A DNA stretch of 32,000 bases, taken from the NCBI GenBank assembly GCA_942493095.1, contig OW818675.1, positions 1,320,001 through 1,352,000 on the forward strand, given 5' to 3'. The DNA comes from Candidatus Electronema halotolerans. GTDB lineage: Bacteria > Desulfobacterota > Desulfobulbia > Desulfobulbales > Desulfobulbaceae. Of this stretch, positions 8,312 through 15,568 are shown in pieces (position 1 is the stretch's first letter; each line of letters opens with the position of its first letter). The position numbers and the translations under genes are program-made. The notes beneath the pieces are model-generated. The model was not told the DNA's origin. It made no database searches and saw only the letters and a list, made by a program, of their open reading frames with translations.

Positions 8312-8482
8312 TCAGTGGCTGCCCAAGGCGAAGATATTTTTTCGATCTTTGCCGGATGCGTTTTTCTGTGCAGGCGCGTCACCATTGCTGGTCAGAAGAA
8401 CTTTTGTCCGGGACTGCTGGCGTTCCGGCAGGTCGTAATAGGACAGAGAAAATTGCGGCGGTGTTGTGGTATTATTTTTCAT
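8312..8482 (-). CDS. small peptide A (56 aa), candidate RiPP precursor
   Basis: Hand translation: MKNNTTTPPQFSLSYYDLPERQQSRTKVLLTSNGDAPAQKNASGKDRKNIFALGSH*. Its ATG overlaps the stop of the upstream 1463-aa gene (ATGAAAAATAA, 8472-8482). Paralogous to peptide B. Not in the ORF track. Confidence 0.5.
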   Translation of the reverse strand: MKNNTTTPPQFSLSYYDLPERQQSRTKVLLTSNGDAPAQKNASGKDRKNIFALGSH

Positions 8483-11400
8483 GTTGCAAGATCAAGCTCC
8501 TCAGGCGGATGAGCTGGAGGATGCTGTCGAGTTCTTCTTTTTTCTTCTGCAAGTGCTCACCATCCTGCCAGAGATGGCGGAAAATATCATGCAGAATGTC
8601 AAGAGATTCGCTGTCAGGGATCATTTCTATTCTGCGGCGCAGAACCCGCAGACCTGCTTCAAAGCTCAGGGAGTTATAGCCCGCCTTATAATTGCAGGCT
8701 TCAATATATTTTCGGAACATCTGCACAAGGTCTTTGCGTTCAACTGTTCTTCGTTCTCTGAATTTATACGAGGAAGAATCGTCGTCATTGCCAAATTTTT
8801 CCTCCATGCAGTAGCATTGACTGAAGAGAATATCTCCTTGAGTGATGCGGAACCGGGCGGCAACCCAATGATATTTATATCCCTCAACACTTATTTTCCC
8901 TTCTAACTTCTGCTCATACTTCTTAAAGTCATCTCTGTAATCATCTTTATCATATAGTCCAGAAAAATAAAGTGCATTCAAATAGCTTTGTTTTGCATCA
9001 TCAAGACGAAAATCTTTTCCACTTCTTTTGGATGTTTCAATACATTTTTTCAGGTAATCAAATGCCTCGGGAAATTTTTCCTGCATAATCATTAGTTCAC
9101 CTAGCTGAAAATAGACTTCAGGAAGTTTTTCGTGAATAATATTTTTTTCGGCACTATACTCTTCCAAGTTACCTTTTCCTGTTTTAAAAAAACGATACGC
9201 TTTTTCGAGATCACCTTGAAATTGTTTTTCAAATTTGTTTCGAGCTGCTTCCAGCTCATCAGCGACACTGTCCTCCAGCAGATTGATAAATTCACCTCGC
9301 CGGATATAATATTCACCCTCAATAATATCTGTCTGACCAGACAGTCCTTTTTTCAACCACGGGCTGGACATTTTTTCTATGAGTTTCCGAGCACGCTCAA
9401 ACGCCTGTCTCGCGTGGTGAAAATCTCCCATAAGACGATAGAGACGGCTCTGGCGATTCAACAGCAGGACAAGCTGCTCCAGATACTTTTCTTTATCCTC
9501 AGAATTTCCTGTGAAATGGAATTGTATCCAATAAAGTTCAGTCAGGCATTTATTCACCAGCACTCCTTTCCAATATGCTCCTGTATCCTCGCTTTCTTTA
9601 AGCTCCTCTTCAAGCTTTTTCAGTTCCTTAGGCTGAATTGCTTCTTGTTCCAGCAAACGGGCATATTCGAATATCCAGCTAAAATCCTTTATCTTACTTT
9701 TCCCTCTTGATTTTATTTCTTCCAAATTATCAAGCGTAAATGAAAAAGGCAGTTTCTCGCTCTGCTTTTTCTTGTATTGATCATTCGTAAGAGATGACAG
9801 AGGGGGATAATCACGCCGATTCGTCAGCCTGACTAAGCTTCTTAGGCGATTATAGATGACCAGCAGCATGAGATAATATTCATCTTGATTGAACTTCTTC
9901 TTCAAATTTGCTGCTTCAATATAACTGTCAAATGCTTCTTGCAACTGTTTAATGCCTGATGAAAAGTTACCTGACTTTAAAACCTCAACAGCTTCGTCAA
10001 ACTCCATATCACCAAGAATCAATTTATAACGACCAAATAAGTCAGGGAATTTTTTTAAATCAGGATGTTTTTTTATTTTATCTTTATATTCATTCCACTT
10101 TTTTATATTTTTCTTCTTCCGGTCTAATGGTAGATCATCTTCAGAGTAATTTCCAAAATAATATAAAACAAGAATACTTTCGAGGGTATCAAGAACACGA
10201 TATGAAAAATTAACTTTTTTCGCAGAACGTAAAGCCTTATGGAATTTCATTATGGCAGATTTCCATTCGTTTTGGATGTGTTTTACAGACATCATCATAT
10301 ACAACTCACCCAAGCTGAAACAGGCATCTGCTAATTCCTTGTAAAAAGCTGGTTTCTCCTCAAGACGATCTATAGCTTTTTTTGCATGGTCGATATAGTC
10401 ATCTATCCGCTCTCTATCAGACTGCTCCACGGGTTCCAGCTCCTTTGCCCGGTAATACTCAAGCAGATGGACAAATTCCCTATCGCCATAAAATAGCTGG
10501 CAGAAATTACTGTACACTCGGCCACCTAAAAGCCGGTCCGGTATTTTTTGATAGATTTTTTTCGCTTCTTCAAGATAATGACGAGCATCTATGTTGCGCC
10601 CGGCAATGACTAAAACATGCCCTAACGTATTCAAAGAACGAAATATTTCTTTTCTATTTCTTGGAAGATTCTGCACAATGCTGTATGCTGTTTCCGCATA
10701 TCGTATCGCTTGAAAAAATTTTCCTGTATAACGATAGAGTATGGCGAGATTGCCGAGCGCATATTGGATACACTGCTGCATATTTCGTTCTGTTCTCCTG
10801 TCTGCTCTCTGGCTCTGTGCTTTTTCCAGCCAATCCAGAAGTCCTTCCAAGGTTCTCTGCATCCATTGTTCTGCTTCAACAAAGTCGGCTTTTCTATATA
10901 AAGTGTATCCGATCCAGTTATTGGCAAGAAACAAATGAAAGAGAGAATCTTTATCATCATAATTAAAAAATATTTCACTGGACTCCTTTAAGAGATTGAT
11001 AGCGTCATTAAATTTTCCTGACTCAGAATAGGCAATTCCCTCCCACAGTTTAAATTTTCCGTAGAGTATAGAAAGTTCCTCTGAGCTGTCAGTAACCTGC
11101 TGTTTTTGTGCTGAATCTATTATACTCAACGCCCTTGAAAGATTCCTTTTATGGCCGTGGATATAATACTGCACCTCTCTTAAATTGAGTTCAAGTTCCC
11201 TGGGCAAAGACACGTCATATTCTGCGCAGTAACGTTCCGTTTCGCGTCCCAAAAGACCGGCGTAGGATGAGCGTCCGTCTTCCATTGCAGTGTCAAATTC
11301 TTCACAGAATCGCTGTACGCCTTGATCTGGATTTACCATAAAGGTATATTCAATCATCTCAGGCATATATACTTCACGCTTTTTTTGAGAGACATTCTTC

Positions 11401-12863
11401 GGAGAAAAATTATTATTGTAATAATCAACTAATTGCTCGGCAATTTCTGCGTGTTGCCCTGCAAGGTCTTCCCAATGCTTTTCAATCAGCTCGCGCATTT
11501 CATCGTGCAGCAGAATAATAATATCATCGTTTGCCTTGCCGGAAGGCTTGTATTTTATAAAAGAGAGCGGTCGCAGGACGTTCAAAATTTCCTGACATTC
11601 TTCCCGTGAATATTCAGTTAAATATTGCATGATATTCAAGGTCATCCTGCGATAACCGACAGCCATCCGGTAAACGAATATTCTCTCCCGATAATCGTAT
11701 TCAATCCGTCGCACAAGTGAACGCTCGAATGCTTCCTTCTGCAATTCTTCTTTAGTGAACTGCTGAATTTCTTTCAGCAGTTCAGCCGGTTCTCGCTTGC
11801 CGAAGCTGAACCAATCCATAAACAGTGCCAAGAGTATTGGACGGCGGCCTGCCAACTCAAATATTTGCTGTAGTTCCTCAGTATTCAAGCCCAGCGCGTC
11901 GAGCAGTTCCTCCTTATTATTGACAATTTTTTTATCCTCTAGCAATTGCCAAACATCTTCCCCCAACTCCTGCCGGTCATCATCAGAAATTTCAAACATC
12001 CATATACCGACCCGTCCGTCGGGCAAAGCGTATAGAACCGGCTTTAACAAATGTTTGGCCTGTGAATAATTTAGGAAACGCTCATATTCCAGCGGGGAAA
12101 ATGCAGCAATTTGCAGGCATTCAACGAGAAACTTTTCAGCCTCTTCATCAGAAAATAGCGAAAGATTTTTTTCTGTAACATACTCTTTTGCAGCATCAGT
12201 AAGGGGAAAGCGACCTGAAACAACAAGCCGTGTGTTGCCGGAATGCAAGAGCGGAAAAAAATCTTGTTCCAGCCAGAGGGACAACTCTATTGATTCAACT
12301 TTCTTTTTTTCTTTGTCATCATGCCGAATTACACCAATGCGCTGAATAACCTCGTAAGTGTCAAAAAATAAAACGATTATTTTATCGTTCTGTTCTTTCT
12401 CCTCAGCAACTTTCCTATACTCTTCCTGAAAAGCATCTACTATGCGAGGAAGCAAATATTCAGGCTCGCTGGTATCCTTTGTCTGATGGTATTCTTCAAG
12501 CAACTTCGTTGTTTTTAAAAAAGATGCGCTGCCAAGAATATTGATAATCTGAGTTATAATCCCGTTTCTTGAACGGCTTTCTGTCTGATAAAAGTCAATC
12601 AGCTCACCGGTTATAACCTTTTCCCTGTGCTGAGTGCGGCATTGCTTCAGCATTTGCCGCAGAAGTTGTGTTTTGCCAACGCCTCCGTCGCCATCCGTAT
12701 GAATATTCAGAATAAAAGAGTTTCGATGAGAAAGAAATTCCTCAAACTGCTTCAACTCATTCTGTCGACCAACAAATATAGATGACTTTACTGAAGGCAG
12801 GTCTTTATCTTGTCGCTGCAAATCATTAGGAGTCATACTGTTGCCTCTTTCTTTTTTATTCAT
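8472..12863 (-). CDS. STAND-type P-loop NTPase with extensive TPR repeat array
   Basis: Walker A GDGGVGKTQL and Walker B IIVLFFDTYE in the N-terminal ~300 aa. The remaining >1000 aa contain many 34-aa TPR-like repeats (A/Y/L-rich helical pairs, e.g. ALGNLAILYRYTGKFFQAIRYAETAYSI). The start overlaps the stop of the upstream gene by 8 nt. Confidence 0.85.
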   Translation of the reverse strand: MNKKERGNSMTPNDLQRQDKDLPSVKSSIFVGRQNELKQFEEFLSHRNSFILNIHTDGDGGVGKTQLLRQMLKQCRTQHREKVITGELIDFYQTESRSRNGIITQIINILGSASFLKTTKLLEEYHQTKDTSEPEYLLPRIVDAFQEEYRKVAEEKEQNDKIIVLFFDTYEVIQRIGVIRHDDKEKKKVESIELSLWLEQDFFPLLHSGNTRLVVSGRFPLTDAAKEYVTEKNLSLFSDEEAEKFLVECLQIAAFSPLEYERFLNYSQAKHLLKPVLYALPDGRVGIWMFEISDDDRQELGEDVWQLLEDKKIVNNKEELLDALGLNTEELQQIFELAGRRPILLALFMDWFSFGKREPAELLKEIQQFTKEELQKEAFERSLVRRIEYDYRERIFVYRMAVGYRRMTLNIMQYLTEYSREECQEILNVLRPLSFIKYKPSGKANDDIIILLHDEMRELIEKHWEDLAGQHAEIAEQLVDYYNNNFSPKNVSQKKREVYMPEMIEYTFMVNPDQGVQRFCEEFDTAMEDGRSSYAGLLGRETERYCAEYDVSLPRELELNLREVQYYIHGHKRNLSRALSIIDSAQKQQVTDSSEELSILYGKFKLWEGIAYSESGKFNDAINLLKESSEIFFNYDDKDSLFHLFLANNWIGYTLYRKADFVEAEQWMQRTLEGLLDWLEKAQSQRADRRTERNMQQCIQYALGNLAILYRYTGKFFQAIRYAETAYSIVQNLPRNRKEIFRSLNTLGHVLVIAGRNIDARHYLEEAKKIYQKIPDRLLGGRVYSNFCQLFYGDREFVHLLEYYRAKELEPVEQSDRERIDDYIDHAKKAIDRLEEKPAFYKELADACFSLGELYMMMSVKHIQNEWKSAIMKFHKALRSAKKVNFSYRVLDTLESILVLYYFGNYSEDDLPLDRKKKNIKKWNEYKDKIKKHPDLKKFPDLFGRYKLILGDMEFDEAVEVLKSGNFSSGIKQLQEAFDSYIEAANLKKKFNQDEYYLMLLVIYNRLRSLVRLTNRRDYPPLSSLTNDQYKKKQSEKLPFSFTLDNLEEIKSRGKSKIKDFSWIFEYARLLEQEAIQPKELKKLEEELKESEDTGAYWKGVLVNKCLTELYWIQFHFTGNSEDKEKYLEQLVLLLNRQSRLYRLMGDFHHARQAFERARKLIEKMSSPWLKKGLSGQTDIIEGEYYIRRGEFINLLEDSVADELEAARNKFEKQFQGDLEKAYRFFKTGKGNLEEYSAEKNIIHEKLPEVYFQLGELMIMQEKFPEAFDYLKKCIETSKRSGKDFRLDDAKQSYLNALYFSGLYDKDDYRDDFKKYEQKLEGKISVEGYKYHWVAARFRITQGDILFSQCYCMEEKFGNDDDSSSYKFRERRTVERKDLVQMFRKYIEACNYKAGYNSLSFEAGLRVLRRRIEMIPDSESLDILHDIFRHLWQDGEHLQKKKEELDSILQLIRLRSLILQHEK

Positions 12864-14904
12864 CCAAGTACTTTAACAATTCTGACATATCAAGCATGTC
12901 GTTTATTTTTTTGTCATTACGTAACGCATTCACTAAATTAAAAAAATTTTCTTTAACCAGTGGATAAGTCGAGTATTTATTCAATATTATTTCAATTTCT
13001 TGGGCTGCATCTTTCCCTTCAGCTTTTGCTAAAAAAATCGTATGGTAAAATCGTTCTAAAACATTTTTTATCAGATCTAAATATCCTTCACTATCTTTTA
13101 CCCAAATATCGTACTTTTCAACTAAAACTTTTTGTATTTTTATGAAGTCATTTTTTTTATTTACCATGAAATGACGAATAAAAATATTATGGACTCTATC
13201 TTCTACGTTAAGGCATCCAAGATACATATTGACAAATATGTCTGTCTTTTTTTGAAACTCATTAATAATTTTTTCAAAATAAGTAATTTTTTTATTTTTA
13301 AAATTATCTTGGAAAGAATGGGAAAGAATAACTTTTAACACACCAGGTTCAATATATCGAAGCAAAGACAGATAAGGAAGGATTGTTTCTACTGACGGAG
13401 CATCTTGATCTAATTCAATTTTTCCAATTCTCTCTTTAAACACCTTGTCAATTAATATTTGAAGACAATCCTTGCAAAATTCTTCCTCATTTTTATTTTC
13501 AAATGGCAATGGACATCTAAATATATTGATAAAAACACAAAGGCATTCTTTAATAAGAGAAGGATAGCCTAAAGTTAGTTGATAAATTCTTTTCGAAATT
13601 CTTTCTTTATTCTTGCTATCAAATGACAACCTGTTGTAATCCAAGAAAAATTGAACAAGTTTTTTAATATCCTTTTCATTTAAACAATTTAACTGATTAT
13701 ATTCAATATTTTTTCTTATATTTTCATTTCTCCAATGTCTTTTTTTTTGGCCAGCAAAAACAAGAATAAAATTTTCTTTATGGAGCAAGGGTGCGAATAG
13801 TTGATCCTCCAGTTCATGAATTATATATTGGTCAGCATAATCAATATTGTCAAAACATATAACTATTTTACATGACAACGGGAGTTCGTTGAGACAATCT
13901 TTAAAAGATTCAATTAAGTAACTTTCATCATTCTCTCCTTCATTCTGTTTATATTTTTTTATTTCTTTCTTAAAGGAATCGAAGAAAATTCGATTTTCTT
14001 CCTTTTTGGTGAGAGAAAAGGCTATTTTTTCCAACACAGGATAAACATTGTAAGAAGAACGAGACAGTTCATACCCTTTAAAATCTATGTAACCGATCAA
14101 ATATCTTTCTTTTTCGACTGAAACTATGTAAAGAAAATACTGCAAAAGCCACGTTTTTCCAATTCCTTCATTTCCTGTGTATTCAAAAAGACATGTCTTT
14201 GATTTATATTCAGCAATAATATTGATTAAAGATATTTTTTCCTTCTCTCTATCAACAAACAAGTATAATAATTCTGAATCACAACAAGATGGCATTTCCT
14301 TTTTCTTTACAATTTTATATAATCCGTCCCAATGCTCCGCAACCCGATACAGCGGCATTGCCAATACTGTATCACGCTCTGCATTTTTTACTTTGTCGGG
14401 GTCAGTTGCTTGGGTCTGGATGGCAACTGCTGCTTGGAGATCAACACTAACAACAGCACTTCCACTATATCCTCCTTCACCTGTCTGCTTACTGTCAAGT
14501 TTCAAAAGATAGTCTTTGTTACAGTTGTAAACACCAATAAATGGGCCTTTTCCAGATGACATCTCGACAAGACTTTTGCCATAACCATAAAGTAAAAACT
14601 CCCCTTGTACGAATTTTGGAAGTTGTATATCGAGAGGATAACGATCTTCAATTTCAGTTTCTAACTGAAGTACTGCAAAATCAATCCTCTTTTCCTCATC
14701 ATATTTCCATGCAATTTTACGTGCTGTAAGGGAATGAGTATCTCCTGAAAATTTCACTTCAACAGTTTCAGGTGGGTTTGATTTTCCCAGCACATGACCA
14801 GCTGTAAGCAGATGTCCTCTATTGCTGATCAACCAAGCCGTGCCCTTGATTTTTTGCTCAATCAAAACGGCACAAGTCGCCTGCATAATTTTTTCATCGC
14901 GCAT
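12856..14904 (-). CDS. trypsin-like serine protease domain fused to P-loop (STAND/AAA-type) NTPase
   Basis: N-terminal catalytic triad context: LLTAGHVL (His), IDFAVLQL (Asp), GEGGYSGSAVV (Ser). Then Walker A GNEGIGKTWLL and Walker B KIVICFDNIDYAD, followed by an all-helical C-terminal region. Very AT-rich coding sequence. Confidence 0.85.
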   Translation of the reverse strand: MRDEKIMQATCAVLIEQKIKGTAWLISNRGHLLTAGHVLGKSNPPETVEVKFSGDTHSLTARKIAWKYDEEKRIDFAVLQLETEIEDRYPLDIQLPKFVQGEFLLYGYGKSLVEMSSGKGPFIGVYNCNKDYLLKLDSKQTGEGGYSGSAVVSVDLQAAVAIQTQATDPDKVKNAERDTVLAMPLYRVAEHWDGLYKIVKKKEMPSCCDSELLYLFVDREKEKISLINIIAEYKSKTCLFEYTGNEGIGKTWLLQYFLYIVSVEKERYLIGYIDFKGYELSRSSYNVYPVLEKIAFSLTKKEENRIFFDSFKKEIKKYKQNEGENDESYLIESFKDCLNELPLSCKIVICFDNIDYADQYIIHELEDQLFAPLLHKENFILVFAGQKKRHWRNENIRKNIEYNQLNCLNEKDIKKLVQFFLDYNRLSFDSKNKERISKRIYQLTLGYPSLIKECLCVFINIFRCPLPFENKNEEEFCKDCLQILIDKVFKERIGKIELDQDAPSVETILPYLSLLRYIEPGVLKVILSHSFQDNFKNKKITYFEKIINEFQKKTDIFVNMYLGCLNVEDRVHNIFIRHFMVNKKNDFIKIQKVLVEKYDIWVKDSEGYLDLIKNVLERFYHTIFLAKAEGKDAAQEIEIILNKYSTYPLVKENFFNLVNALRNDKKINDMLDMSELLKYLDE

Positions 14905-14925
14905 AATTCAAAATCCAGCAAGTTA

Positions 14926-15270
14926 TCACTCACCATCACCCTGCCAAGTCAACTTAACTTTTAACCCGGAATCCGCTTTTGCACCAAAAACAACCCACGC
15001 TTTAGCTTCAGCAGAAAATCCCATTGAAAATTCTACCTCCATTTGCTGCGCATGAGCTGTTTTGCGGATACTGTCAAATTCCTGCCCTAAATCCTCCGCA
15101 ATATTTTTAATCGCAGCTTTTGCTTTTCTATATACATCCTTGATGTCATCTTCAATGCCTGTATTGACAAGAGCAGGCCCATCGTTTTCGGAATTGAGCA
15201 CCTCTACCTCGTTATCCATTGCTTGAATCAGCACCTGCGTATTTCCGATGGTTTCCTGTATAGCCTTCAT
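14926..15270 (-). CDS. small Trypco2-like (trypsin-co-occurring domain) protein
   Basis: 114 aa from MKAIQETIG, with GGGAGG 8 nt upstream (the track ORF starts 9 codons earlier). The C-terminal beta-rich segment MEVEFSMGFSAEAKAWVVFGAKADSGLKVKLTWQG resembles, from memory, the small proteins found next to trypsin-STAND genes (Trypco domains of Kaur, Burroughs, Iyer and Aravind 2020). It sits 21 nt upstream of the protease gene. Confidence 0.55.
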   Translation of the reverse strand: MKAIQETIGNTQVLIQAMDNEVEVLNSENDGPALVNTGIEDDIKDVYRKAKAAIKNIAEDLGQEFDSIRKTAHAQQMEVEFSMGFSAEAKAWVVFGAKADSGLKVKLTWQGDGE

Positions 15271-15516
15271 AATCAAGCCTCCCTTGGTTTGTCTCAAAAA
15301 AACACATTAACCCAAACTGTTACGCTGCTCCCATGCAACTGCCTGCGAATTATCCAAACTACCACACAACCAGCAATCCTTCAATCACTTTCTCGCTCAG
15401 TGCTGTTACAACCTGTTTCCCAAACACGGCAAGTCAGTTTCTTTCCGCTCAACATGAATCTGCTGCTGAAGCGGCAAATATCCCGCTTTTCAGCCAGCGG
15501 GCCGGAAGAGTGGCAC

Positions 15517-15561
15517 CCCCTTCGGTGCTGCTGAATTACGAAATCAGCAGCACCGAAGGGG
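15517..15561 (-). terminator. 18-bp perfect stem-loop immediately downstream of the A2M stop (no U-tract)
   Basis: CCCCTTCGGTGCTGCTGA (15517-15534), 9-nt loop, TCAGCAGCACCGAAGGGG (15544-15561), 7 nt from the A2M stop codon. It lacks a T-run on the minus strand, so intrinsic-terminator function is uncertain. Confidence 0.45.
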
Positions 15562-15568
15562 CAGAACC

